Assembly (NCBI GenBank): GCA_965248445.1
Contig: CBDFJG010000002.1
Location: 544,001 to 608,000, forward strand
Source: Planctomycetota bacterium
GTDB taxonomy: Bacteria > Planctomycetota > JAJSAM01 > JAJVHW01
Reading direction: 5' to 3'
Length of the DNA stretch: 64,000 bases
The translations under genes were made by a program, and so were the position numbers. The notes under the pieces are model-generated. The model worked only from the letters and a program-made list of their open reading frames with translations, searched no databases and was not told where the DNA came from. Numbering within the stretch: position 1 is the first letter of the stretch; each line of letters begins with the position of its first letter. This document shows positions 50,078-60,738 of this stretch, piece by piece.

Positions 50078-50940
50078 GCCGGCCGTTCCCGGGACGGCGG
50101 CGCATCCTCGCCGCGCCGCCGCGCCGCGAATCCAGCGGCAAGCGGTTCCTCGGTCTTCTCCTTTGCTACAACGACGACGACGTGCTCGCGCCGGTGCTCG
50201 AGCACCTGATCGCGAATCGTCATGACGTCGTCGTGCTGAACCACGGTAGCGACGATGACACGGACGCCATCGCACGCGCGTATCTCGGACGCGGTGTCAT
50301 CGACTACCAGTCGCTCGACCGCGACCAGGTCCCGTTCGCGGACCTGTACGGCATCGCCGGGCGCTACGTGCGGCAGCGCTATGGCGCGCGCTACGACTGG
50401 CTCTCGTGGCCGGACCAGGACGAGATCCTGGAGGGGCCCGATCTCACGCGGCCCTACCACGACCAGGTCTCGGAGTTGATGGCAGCCGGGCACGACTGGA
50501 TCGAGTTCGAGAACTTCGTGTTCTGGTTTACGCAGGCGGACGACGAGAGTGTCGTGGACCCCGTGGAACGCATTCGCCACTACAACCTCTACCAGTCCGC
50601 GTCACCACGCATCCGCGCGTGGCGCATGTCCTGCACCAACGAGCGCCGCATGGGGAACTCGAACCCGCCGGACGGCCGGAAGTCACCGGTGAACTTCCCG
50701 CTCCGCCACTACCCGATGCGCAGCGTCCAGCAGGCGCGGCGCCGCGCGGCGCACGATCGCAACCAGCCGGGCTTCCAGCGGGGCGACAAGAACTGGCACT
50801 ACGAGCGCTTCCGCGACGACGAGGGGACGATGCTCGTGCCGCCCGAGAAGCTCCATCGCTTCGACGGCGATCGACTCGACCCGACGATCACCTGGAACTT
50901 CTACGAGCGTCCCGAGCGGCTCGCGAGGTCGGAGGCATGA
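50074..50940 (+). CDS. Glycosyltransferase family 2
   Basis: CYNDDD, NHGSDDDT, WPDQDE and LRHYP motifs; GTGA overlap with the upstream gene. Confidence 0.85.
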   Translation: MSRPFPGRRRILAAPPRRESSGKRFLGLLLCYNDDDVLAPVLEHLIANRHDVVVLNHGSDDDTDAIARAYLGRGVIDYQSLDRDQVPFADLYGIAGRYVRQRYGARYDWLSWPDQDEILEGPDLTRPYHDQVSELMAAGHDWIEFENFVFWFTQADDESVVDPVERIRHYNLYQSASPRIRAWRMSCTNERRMGNSNPPDGRKSPVNFPLRHYPMRSVQQARRRAAHDRNQPGFQRGDKNWHYERFRDDEGTMLVPPEKLHRFDGDRLDPTITWNFYERPERLARSEA

Positions 50941-51353
50941 GCCGGGCCGGCCGCTGGTCGCTGTCTGCGGCGCTGGCGCTCGTCGCTCTCTCCACGGTGG
51001 TGCTGCTGGCCTGCCGCAGCCGCACGGGTTTCGAGTGGCCGGACGAGGTCTGGGCCGGGTATCGGCCCGGCGCGGATTCGATGGCCGTTCGCGTGCGGCT
51101 CGTGCCGGAGGCCGACGATCTGATCGAGCTGGACGTGATCGGGAGCTCCACGGCGGTGCCCATCGGCGCACCGACACCGGCTGCGGACGACAGCGTCAAG
51201 ATCGAGATCGTGGGCTCCGACCGCTTCGCCGGCTCGGAGGGGCTTGCGGACCTGCTCGACGTCGGGACGGAGACCCGGCAGTACGACCGCGTGGACGCGG
51301 CGCCGGTCCTGCGCGATCACATGGAGTGGTGGCTGTACCGCCTGCGGGAGTAG
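50937..51353 (+). CDS. Hypothetical lipoprotein
   Basis: MSRAGRWSLSAALALVALSTVVLLAC; ATGA overlap and RBS ggagg. Confidence 0.7.
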   Translation: MSRAGRWSLSAALALVALSTVVLLACRSRTGFEWPDEVWAGYRPGADSMAVRVRLVPEADDLIELDVIGSSTAVPIGAPTPAADDSVKIEIVGSDRFAGSEGLADLLDVGTETRQYDRVDAAPVLRDHMEWWLYRLRE

Positions 51354-51428
51354 TGCGGCTATGATCCGGCCCCCGCGGAAACGCGCAGGGCAAGGTGACG
51401 GCGCAGAACGGGGAGCGAGGGCAGAGTC

Positions 51429-51809
51429 ATGAACGACCATCGGCCGGTTGCGCTGAACCACATCCACCTGACCGCCGAGGATCCCGTCGCGGAGATCGAG
51501 TTCCTGTGTGACGTGCTCGGCTTCCGGCGCGACCCGTCGCTGCCCGGGTTCGTGTGGCTCGGCAACATGCAACTGGCGGTGACCAAGGGAGAGCGCGTCA
51601 AGAACCCGCGCTTCCACCTCGGCTTCCGAATGGACAGCAAGCAGGCCGTGGACGGCCTTCGCGAGCACCTGCGCGAGATGGGGGTCGCGACCAGCGACCC
51701 GTTCGCCAACGGCAGCTACTACTCGTGCCACTTCAACGGTCCCGCCGGCTACCAGTTCGAGGTGTACGCCGACGCCGGGATCCCGGCACTCGGTACGCTG
51801 ACGGAGTAG
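51429..51809 (+). CDS. VOC (glyoxalase/bleomycin resistance) family protein
   Basis: LNHIHL, DVLGF, FHLGF and GPAGYQFE motifs. Confidence 0.9.
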   Translation: MNDHRPVALNHIHLTAEDPVAEIEFLCDVLGFRRDPSLPGFVWLGNMQLAVTKGERVKNPRFHLGFRMDSKQAVDGLREHLREMGVATSDPFANGSYYSCHFNGPAGYQFEVYADAGIPALGTLTE

Positions 51810-51813
51810 CTGC

Positions 51814-53142
51814 GTGCGGCGGGTGCTCAGCGTCGCCGCCCTGCTATGCGTGGCCGTCGCGCCAAGCGCACGCGCCCAGGAACCGCTCGTCGCTGCCGTC
51901 GAGAAAACCCTCGAGAACGGTCTGCAGGTCCTGGTCCACGAAGATCACGACATCCCGAACGTCGCGCTCTATGTGTTCTGGCGTGTCGGCTCGCGCAACG
52001 AACGGCCCGGCATCACCGGCATCGCCCACATGTTCGAGCACATGATGTTCATGGGCGGGCGCAAGTACGGGAGGGACTTCGACCCGACCATGGAAGCGGC
52101 CGGCGGCTCGAACAACGCGTACACATCGAACGACGTGACCGTCTACCAGGACTGGTTCCCGAGCAGCGCACTCCCGCTGATCGTGGACATGGAAGCCGAT
52201 CGCATGAGCGGCATGGTGTTCGACCCGGACACAGTCGAGTCCGAGCGCGGTGTCGTGGCGAGTGAGCGAAGGCTCAACATGGAGGAGCCCTCCGAGGTGA
52301 TGCGCGAGCAGCTGTGGGCCGCCGCGTACACCGCCCATCCGTACCAGTGGAGCGTGCTCGGCTGGATGGTGGACATCGAGAACTGGACCAAGAAGGACCT
52401 CGAGGACTTCTTCGCGACGCACTACGCGCCGCAGAACGCGACGATGGTGATCGTCGGTGACGTCACGCCCGAGAAGGCGTTCGCGCTCGTCGAGGAGAAG
52501 ATGGGCGGCATCCCGCGAGGGCGCGAGCGGCCCGAGGTGACGACAACTGAGCCAGAGCAGAAGGGTGAGCGGCGCGTCACCGTCGAGAACGCGAGCGCCA
52601 ACGTCCCGCAACTGATGTCGGCGTGGCACATCCCGGCGACGGGGCACACGGACTTCGCCGTGGTCGCGGTGCTGGAACGCATTCTGATGCACGGCCGCAG
52701 CTCGCGGCTGCACCGCCTGCTCGTCGAGGACAAGCGTGTCTGCATCAGCGTCGGCGGCGGCTTTCAGGGGCATCAGTTCGATCCGAGCCTGTTCACCGTC
52801 GACAGCGTCGTGGTGAGCGGCGGCGACACGGCCGCGGTCGAGAAGCTCGTGTACGCAGAGCTCGACCGACTGGCCGAGAGTGGTCCGGGCGCGGAGGAAC
52901 TCGCCGCTGCGAAGACGAAGCTCCGCGCGAACCTCGTGCGCCGCATGAAGACCATCGCGGGCAAGGCGGAACTGCTCGGCGAGAGCGAGGTCTTCTTCGG
53001 CGGGTGGGAGAACGTTCGCATGCGTCTCGATGCTCTCGCCGCCGTCACGAAGGAGGACGTGCAGCGGGTCCTCCGCACGTACTTCACGAAGCGCAACCGC
53101 ACGGTCTGCACGCTGGTCCCGACCTCGGGAGACGACGAGTGA
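51814..53142 (+). CDS. M16 family zinc peptidase (active subunit)
   Basis: TLENGL, GSRNE..G.TGIAHMFEHMMF (HxxEH) and NAYTS motifs. Confidence 0.95.
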   Translation: MRRVLSVAALLCVAVAPSARAQEPLVAAVEKTLENGLQVLVHEDHDIPNVALYVFWRVGSRNERPGITGIAHMFEHMMFMGGRKYGRDFDPTMEAAGGSNNAYTSNDVTVYQDWFPSSALPLIVDMEADRMSGMVFDPDTVESERGVVASERRLNMEEPSEVMREQLWAAAYTAHPYQWSVLGWMVDIENWTKKDLEDFFATHYAPQNATMVIVGDVTPEKAFALVEEKMGGIPRGRERPEVTTTEPEQKGERRVTVENASANVPQLMSAWHIPATGHTDFAVVAVLERILMHGRSSRLHRLLVEDKRVCISVGGGFQGHQFDPSLFTVDSVVVSGGDTAAVEKLVYAELDRLAESGPGAEELAAAKTKLRANLVRRMKTIAGKAELLGESEVFFGGWENVRMRLDALAAVTKEDVQRVLRTYFTKRNRTVCTLVPTSGDDE

Positions 53143-54589
53143 AGGGCGCCGTGCCGTTCTCGCTGTTGATCCTCACACTCGTTGCGTGCGGGGAAGACCC
53201 GGCCGCCGCTCAGGATGCGCCGGACGGAACCACGATCGCGGTTGATTCGCCTGCTCCCGGGGCGCCCGAGCCACGCATCGAATTGCCCGTCCCCGAGGAG
53301 ATCGTCCTCGATAACGGCGTTCGGTTGTGGATGCTGCCGGACCGTGAGGTGCCGCTGGTCAACATCGAGGTTCGCGTGGACGCCGGCGCCGCCGGTGACG
53401 GCTTCGAGAAGGCCGGCCGCGCAGCGCTGCTGGCCGAGATGCTCCGCCGGGGCGCCGGGGAGCGCGACGCACGTGCGTTCGAAGCCGCGATCGACGTGCG
53501 CGGCGGCGAATTCTCGATCGCCGCGTGGCCCCGCGAGACACGCATTTCGTGCGAGTTCCTCGCCGAGGACACGGCGCTTGCGATCGGACTGGTCGGCGAC
53601 GTGCTCACCGCGCCTCGCTTCGACGCCGGCGAGTTCGCAAAGGCGCGGCAGCAGATGCTGGACCGGCTGGCGGCCGCCCGTGACGCGCCGAACCGCATCA
53701 TCGATGCGTACTGGCGCGCGTGGATGCACCCGCACGACTGGGGCGTCCCGGCGAGCGGGACCGAGTTGTCACTTGCGTCGATGACCCTCGACGATGTGAA
53801 GACCGCGTTCCGTCTCTTCGACGGCGACGCCACGGTCGTGGCGGTCGCGGGAGCCTTCGACCCCGAGGTCGTGCGCGCCCAGGTGCGTGCGGTGTTCGGC
53901 AAGCTGCCGGCTCGCAGCGTGGGGGGGCGGCGCGCCGTGGAGCCCGGGCCCATCGGCAGGGGCGTCCTGCTTGTCGACAAGCCCGACGCGCTCCAGACGT
54001 ACATGAGATTCGGCGGAGCGGGCATGACGGGACCCACCCGTCCTATCCGGCCCGCTTCCTCGCGAACACCGTGCTGGGAGCCCGCTTCACGAGCCGTCTG
54101 AACACGGCGCTTCGCATCGAATCCGGCCTGACCTACGGCGCCCGCTCCGCGTTCGACGATGAGCGCAGCGGCTCGTTCTCGGTGCGGACGTTCACGGAAA
54201 CGTCCCGCAGCAAGGAGACCATCGACCTGGCGCGCGCCACGGTGTCGAAGTTCGTCGAGTCCGGCCTGACACAGGAAGAACTCGACTCCGCGAAGGCGTA
54301 CGTGATGGGCCAGTACGCGCCCGACAACCTCGAGACGGTCGAACAGCGGGTCGCGACCCTGCTCGACTTGCACGCCTTCGGCCTGCCGCGCACACACGTC
54401 GAAGGCCTGTTCGCGCGTCTCGCAGCGCTGTCGCTGGATGACGTGAACTCCGTCATCAAGAAGCACTTCCCCGCAGCGCCATGGACCTGGGTGCTGATCG
54501 GCCAGGCCGGTACGCTGCGTCCGATCGCGAAGGAACTCGGCGACGTGACCGAGATCAAGCTGTCGGATCCGGGATTCGGGCCGCGCTGA
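53139..54589 (+). CDS. M16 family peptidase partner subunit, single-base frameshift near 54030
   Basis: LDNG...GRAALLAEML in one frame and LGARFTSRL...GLTYG in the next; lacks HxxEH. Confidence 0.85.
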
Positions 54590-55327
54590 TCAGAGCGCCG
54601 CGCGGACGTCCTCTTCGAGTTCTGCCGCGAGCGCCTTCCGATCCTCTCCGCGCCGGGCCGGGAGGACCGCGATCTCGCACGTCACGCGGCCGAGCCGCGA
54701 CAGGCGGTACACGTGGGACGGGAAGGGCGTGCCGTCATGCCACGACACGTTCCCCGCGATCGGGACGCCCGGGCTGTCGGGCAGTGCATAGCGCAGCCGA
54801 AGTGGAACGGCCGGCGAATCGGTGACGACCGCGGCCTCGACGAGCGACGAGCGGAACGGGCGCAGTTCGTCGCCGGGGCCGGCCCGGCCCTCGAGGAACA
54901 CGACCACGTTGACCCCGTGCTCGAGCGCCCGCTCGACGTCCCCCGCGGCCCGCTGCGTGTCCCGCCGGCGCTCCCGTTCGAGGAAGATCGTCCCCGCGAT
55001 CCGCGCCAGCGGCCCGAGCAGTGGCCAGCCCGAGACGTCCGCCCGTGACACGAACGCCACCGGCCCGAGGGTGCCGAGGGCCAGGATGTCCAGGTAGCTG
55101 ACGTGATTGGGACAGAGGAGCGCGGCCCCGCCGGGGAGGTCCCCGGTGCGGGAGACCCGCAGCCCCAGCGAGAACGCCATCATCCGCGCCCAGTGGTGGG
55201 TGACCCGTGCCCGCAGCCTCCGTCCGAGCCTGCGGTGCACGAGACCGATGACCCACGCCAGCATGACCGGCGGGGCGGCCAGCAAGGTGACCAGCGGTGC
55301 GCCCAGGAAGCGGAGCAGCCCCCTCAT
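54590..55327 (-). CDS. plsC: 1-acyl-sn-glycerol-3-phosphate acyltransferase family
   Basis: NHVSYLD, FLER and FLEG motifs. Confidence 0.88.
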   Translation of the reverse strand: MRGLLRFLGAPLVTLLAAPPVMLAWVIGLVHRRLGRRLRARVTHHWARMMAFSLGLRVSRTGDLPGGAALLCPNHVSYLDILALGTLGPVAFVSRADVSGWPLLGPLARIAGTIFLERERRRDTQRAAGDVERALEHGVNVVVFLEGRAGPGDELRPFRSSLVEAAVVTDSPAVPLRLRYALPDSPGVPIAGNVSWHDGTPFPSHVYRLSRLGRVTCEIAVLPARRGEDRKALAAELEEDVRAAL

Positions 55328-55528
55328 CGAGAGGTCTCCTTGCCGCCGGCCACCACGGGCCGGCATCGCTGCGGTACACTCAGGCTCACGACGGACAGTG
55401 AATCACGCCTGTCCGCCCAGAGTGAAGCGCAGAGTGAAGCAGAGAGGGTAGGGACCATCCCGGCCAGTAGACCTGCCGGAGATTCCGGACTGGGGGACTG
55501 TCCGCAGCGACGGTCCATCGCAGCCTAG

Positions 55529-57224
55529 CCCGCACTATTCATGACGACGCTCGCGATGGCGTCCCTCGGCCGGTCCGAGCGCCCGGGCGCTCGACTTGCG
55601 GCGTTCACCGAGGTCGGCGGGGTCTCGGACGGCGGGATCTTCGTTCCGAGGGGGCGTTCAAGTCCATTTGCCGCCGCGCGGACGAGGTCTGGACGGACCG
55701 GTAGCCGGAAGCGTGTCGTTCTTCTGGCCATCGGCTGCGCTCAGACCGGCGCAGCGCCGAGCCTTCGCGCGACGCGGCACCACAGCTCGCGCCATGGGCA
55801 GGCCGCCGCGAGATGCACGACGACGCGGCGCACCGATTCCACGACGCGGGCGCCGATCTTGAGCAGCCGTTCGCGGATCGTGTGCACCTGCCAGACTGCG
55901 GCCGTGGTGCCGCGCAACTGGTAGCGTAACTCCTGGAAGAGTACGTAGGCCGCCGCGGTCATCAGCACGCGGAACTGGTTCGCCAGGAAGCTCGAGTTGC
56001 TCGTGCGATCCACCGCCAGGCCACCCTTGAGTTCCTTGATGCGGTTCTCGGCGTCGCCGCGACCGCAGTAGGTCTTGCAGTAGGTCGTCTCGGGCTTGTA
56101 GCTGCGCGAGACGTTGGTGACCACGAAGCGCGCGTTGTCCTTGTTCACCTTCCCGGTGGCGACCAGCACTTACGCCTTGAAGACCACGCGGCGGGACCTG
56201 CTCCAGCTCTTCGCCCGGTACTCGCAGTCGCCGTAGATCTGCGCCGTCTTGTCTTCCATCGCCGCCAGCACCGCAGCCGCTGTCATCTCGGCGTCGCACA
56301 GATCCAGGAGCCGCTTGTTCTTGGGCATCCCGACCACGTACTTCACGCCGAGTTCGTCCAGCGCGTCGAAGAGCCGCGAGCCGGCGAAGCCGCTGTCCAG
56401 GCGCACGAGGATCTGCGTGCGCGGAAACGCACGCCGAAGTCGCTTCACCATCCGGCGGATCGTCCGCAGCGACGTGCGGCCCTCCTTCGCGTTGCCCGGC
56501 CGCAGCCGCGCACAGAAAAGGTACTGCTCCGGATCGCCGTCGACCGTGAGGAAGCCGAAAACCGGCAGGTAGCACCACGTGTCGTAGAAGCCGTTGAAGA
56601 GCGCTCCCTGCTGTGCACCGTGGGTCGGGTCACAGCTCGGGTCCATGTCGATCGTGATGCGCCGGGCCCCCCGGTGGCGAGCGCAAAGACGCTCGATCAC
56701 GTCCTCCTCGAGCTTGCGCGACAAGGCCACGAGCTCGTGCGCCGTGACCGCGTTCTCGAAGCGCGACAGCGTCGCCTGAGACGCCAGGTCGGCGCCCTTG
56801 ATCGGCGCGCGGCCCGTGACCCCCTTGAGCATCGGGTCGGTGCCCACGCGAGCCGCGTCGTTCTGGTCGCTGTAGCCCAGGCCGATCGAGAAGACGCGCT
56901 GCCGAAAGAGCTCCTCCAACGAGTGCTGCACCCGCGTCGGGTCACGACGATCCACCAACAGCGCAGCCAGACCTGCGGTCACTCCCATTCGACGGTCCAC
57001 CGCGCGCAGCAGTCCCGCGCCTCCCTCGGACGTGTGCGCTTCGCCGTCGAACACGGCCGTGGTGACCTTCCCGAAGAGATCGGGAAACCGGACAGTGTGT
57101 GGGGTAGAATTCGTCACTCGGGCGTACCTCTCGCATCTGTGTAACTATTGCTCTAACAACAGTTTATGCAATGCGCGGTGCGCCCGAATCTACGTTCCGG
57201 GCGTGGCATGATGAATTATGCAGG
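55529..57224 (-). mobile_element. IS1380-family element, copy 2 (inverted), CTAG target duplication
   Basis: Flanked by CTAG at 55525-55528 and 57225-57228; same length as copy 1, with at least one SNP (ccctcgcg vs ccatcgcg). Confidence 0.93.
55741..57117 (-). pseudogene. IS1380-family transposase with the same internal TAA (56170-56172)
   Basis: Both protein halves are identical to copy 1. Confidence 0.92.
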
Positions 57225-57295
57225 CTAGAGCCGGTGAGGCGAGTTCCCGAGACCCACTCTGCGAGACCCGGGGCTTCAGACCGGGTTCAGATCTT

Positions 57296-57315
57296 CGTTA
57301 CAAAATCACGTAACG
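57296..57315. promoter_or_regulatory. Palindrome CGTTAC-N8-GTAACG upstream of the ECF sigma gene
   Basis: AT-rich inverted repeat about 57 bp before the start; candidate operator or ECF promoter element. Confidence 0.4.
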
Positions 57316-59062
57316 CACCTCCCTCCGGCCCTGAGTCAGGGGTGAGGATCGCCACCACGGAAGAGGTACGGGTGAACAGGCTGGACGACGGCACGCTCTA
57401 TGAGCGCTGGCTCGAGAACCGCGACGCGGATGCGTTCGCGGAGCTCGCGCACAGACACACGCCGGTTGTCTATGACCTCGCCGTCCGGGCCTCTGGGGAT
57501 CGTGTTCTCGCAGAGGACATGGTCCAGGAGGCGCTCCTCGACCTGGCGCAGGCCGGAACACGCAAGCCCATCGATGTCGGAGTCGTGGCCTGGTTGGCCC
57601 GCTTCGCCCTCTGCCGCTCGCGCAACGCTCTCTCCTCGGAGAAGAGCCGCACGCGAAGACAGCGGATCGTGGGCGAGCGTCGGCGGGAGGTTGACATGCC
57701 AAACGAAAAGCTCGCCACCAACGACGAGCTCGCGCATGCCCTCTCGCATGCCGAACCAGAGGAACGCACGATTCTCGCGATGCGTTACCTGCACGATTGG
57801 GACTACCGCGAAATCGCGGCGGCCCTCTCGGTCTCGCAGGGCGCGGCGAGGGTACGCGTGCACAGGGCACTCACGTCCGTCCGGGAACGTCTCGGAGTGG
57901 ACCGTTCACGAAGCGCGACTCCCGCGGCACTCGCCGCGGTGCCGCTCTTCGCACTGCCCGAAGGGTTCCTCGAACAGGCCGTTGCGAACGCCGTGCAGTC
58001 GGTGCCGGTCCCCATGGGACAGTCACCGGCGCCTTCGACGTCGCGCTTCGGCAAGGTCTGGCGGACTCCGGCCCTCACGCTCGGTCTCGTCTCGGCGCTC
58101 ACCGCGGTGGCTCTTGTCGCCGCGGATCCGAGTGCGATCGGCACGCTCACCGGAGATGGTGATCTCGCGGGCCTGATCGCGTTCCTGGACGGCGACGTTC
58201 TGCGTCACCGCGCGGGCACCGGGGGTGGAGCCGACGGAAACGTGCTGGCCGTGCCGCGTCCTCCCGATTGGGAAGACGGCGTGCTCGTCCGGCTCGGCCG
58301 TGACCGCGACGCGCGTGAGCGCGTAGGGGACTCCGCCACCGGGAAGACCGCATCCACGAAGAGTGTCCCGCAGGACGAGAACCGGGCCGTGCGCCAGGGC
58401 GACGACAAGTTGCCTCTGGAAGTGCTCCGCCCGATATCGCGGGACGTGCGTGCTGCGACGCGCGTGTCCGTCTCGTCTGTAGACGAGCGGGCGGGCACTT
58501 TCGGAGGCCGCACGATCGCCACGCGGCGCATGACAGAGAGTGGCGATGAGGGCGCCAAGGCGGCCCCGGACGCGGTCGCCGACCACAACCCACCCCGGCA
58601 TGCCTGCCAACCTGGTCGCACCGGATCTCACACGCACTCGCAACCGCCGCCGCTCGGACATCGATACGGTCCCGATCGTCGACTTGGACGAGGACCAGCG
58701 GGTCCTCATCGATCAGGCCGCGGCCATCGTGCGCGAACTGGTCGTAGCCGACGGCGGCGACCTGACCGCGCTGGCCGACAGCGACCGGGCACGCAAGCGC
58801 GAGGCGCGTCAACTCAAGAGGCAGTTCAAGGACTGGCGTCGCGAGTTGCACGAGATGGAAGACGCCGACGCCGACGCGACTCCGACTGAGCGCGCGTCAC
58901 GCGCTCAGTCGCTGCGCGTCATCAACTTCCTCATGAACGTCGTTCTCGCCGACGGCCAGACCGCCGGCGACATCGAGTGGCCCGACGGGGCCGACTGGGT
59001 GCTCGCGCTCGAGCACGTCGTGCAGGTCTTCGAGAACGCCGGCGAAGAGGGCTGGCTCCCGG

Positions 59063-60594
59063 GTACCCGTTCAGGGTATGACGATCCGCGGCCTCAGCGC
59101 GTGATCGGGAGCGCGACGAGAGCCGGCGGCGAGCGGTTGTGCGCGAGTGCCGCGCTGACGTCTGCGAGGTAATCGAAGACGCTCTCGCCACGCTGGCGGA
59201 GCGTGGCGGTGACGGTCAGGATGCGCTCGACGAAGCGGAGTCCGCGCTCGCTCTGACTTCCGTGCGTTGCGCGTCTCCACAGGACCGGCTTGCGCACCGC
59301 GCGCTCAGCGGCGTTGTTCGTCGGGGAGACGCCAGGGACGTCGGCGAAGGTCCACAGAGCCTCCGCTCGGTCGAGCAGATGCCGAGTCGTTCCGCGTACT
59401 CGGCGGTGCTTGCTGTCTGCGCCGCGCACGAGCAGCGTCAGGAGTCGGTCCCATGTGAGACGCAGCTCACGCCGCATGCGGTCGCGGTCCCCGTGCTCGC
59501 CGAAGTGACGCTGAGCTCGCATGACAGCCTGGGCGAGACGCACGGCCTGCTTGCCGAAGCGCCGGCCGCCGCGCGAGCCCTCGGCCAGCGCTCGAAAGTC
59601 CCTCTCGAGATGCGCCCAGCAGATCTGGCGGCGCTCGGTGGGATGCTGGTCGTAAGCGCCCATACGGTCGGTCACGAGGACGCCCCTGAAGCGCTTGCCC
59701 ACGAGTCGCCGCATGGCCTTGGCGCTCCTGCGCCGATCGATACGATGGACCGTGGCGTGCTCACAGACCGCGCTCCACAGCCAATGCAGCGTGCCACGAC
59801 GCGACCACGGTGTCTCGTCTACATAGGCGACGCTGCTCGTGCGTACGGCCCCGAGGGCCTCGATGTGCGCTGAGGAGATGGCTCCCGACACCCGCTCCTC
59901 GATCGCACTGACCGTGCCCGGTGACATCGAGACGCCGATGACGTCACGCAACAGACGACTGGTCTCGCGCCGCGACAGGCGGAAGACGCCGACCAGAGCC
60001 GCGGTGAGCGCACAGAGTCGCGGGCCGAAGGGACTCGCCGTCACACCGCTTGGCAGCGAGGCAGTGGACGTGGCGCCACAGTCCGTGCACCGTGCCCGGT
60101 GCAACCGGTGCTCGGTCACCTGGATCAGCCGTGGCGGGACCTCGAAGACCTGCTGGCGTGTCGGGGCGCGATCGATCGGGACGAGCACGTCGCTCCCACA
60201 CGCGCTGCACTCGCGCGGGCGGTGGTCCTCTACGCCATCGACCTCGGACTCGTCCACGAGCTTGCGCGTCGCCCCTTTGTGGCCGGGCTGCGCACCCTGG
60301 CGCTTGTCCGACGGCGGCTTGCGCCGCCGCCGCTTCTTGGACCACGACGGATCCGAGGACGGTGGGCGCGAGGAGGTGCGGGAGTCCCGGCGAAGACGGC
60401 TCTCGAGATCGTCGATCCGTGCCGCCTGCCGCTCGATCACCTCCGCCTGCTCGGCAATCGTCTCGTCCCGAGCGTCCAGACGACGGGTCAGGCGCTCGAC
60501 CAGATCACGCAGCTCATCGGTGCCCACATCCGATTCATCGACCGAACGGAAAGCGATCTGGATCCGAGCTCAGAACCAAGGGCTGAACGGGTAC
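59063..60594 (-). mobile_element. IS66-family element, single-ORF type, copy B, with 8-bp target duplication
   Basis: Terminal inverted repeats GTACCCGTTCAG; direct repeat GCTCCCGG at 59055-59062 and 60595-60602. Confidence 0.95.
59094..60527 (-). CDS. IS66-family transposase
   Basis: SSRPPSSD, GAQPGHKG, VDET, TDR, RQICWAH and PTNNAAERAVR motifs. Confidence 0.95.
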   Translation of the reverse strand: MGTDELRDLVERLTRRLDARDETIAEQAEVIERQAARIDDLESRLRRDSRTSSRPPSSDPSWSKKRRRRKPPSDKRQGAQPGHKGATRKLVDESEVDGVEDHRPRECSACGSDVLVPIDRAPTRQQVFEVPPRLIQVTEHRLHRARCTDCGATSTASLPSGVTASPFGPRLCALTAALVGVFRLSRRETSRLLRDVIGVSMSPGTVSAIEERVSGAISSAHIEALGAVRTSSVAYVDETPWSRRGTLHWLWSAVCEHATVHRIDRRRSAKAMRRLVGKRFRGVLVTDRMGAYDQHPTERRQICWAHLERDFRALAEGSRGGRRFGKQAVRLAQAVMRAQRHFGEHGDRDRMRRELRLTWDRLLTLLVRGADSKHRRVRGTTRHLLDRAEALWTFADVPGVSPTNNAAERAVRKPVLWRRATHGSQSERGLRFVERILTVTATLRQRGESVFDYLADVSAALAHNRSPPALVALPITR

Positions 60595-60676
60595 GCTCCC
60601 GGAGGGCGCGGTGCTTCCGGAGGGTGCCACGCCGGACGGCGATGACGCCGACCCGCAGCCGATGCCCCCGAGTGTC

Positions 60677-60736
60677 ATGCCGGAGGGCGTGATGCCGGAG
60701 GGCGTGATGCCGGAAGGCGCGATGCCGGAGGGCGCC
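60677..60736 (+). repeat. 15-bp coding tandem repeat x4 (MPEGV/A)
   Basis: atgccggagggcgtg-type units in the detached C-terminus of the sigma-factor gene. Confidence 0.8.
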
Positions 60737-60738
60737 GA

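Noticed and set aside
54020..54040. Programmed frameshift or 8-bp scar in the M16 partner gene
   Set aside because: No slippery sequence or duplication; a single missing base, most likely a sequencing error or recent mutation.
58585..58600. 8-bp scar explaining the sigma-factor frameshift
   Set aside because: The shift is +1 at a C run, consistent with a homopolymer indel.
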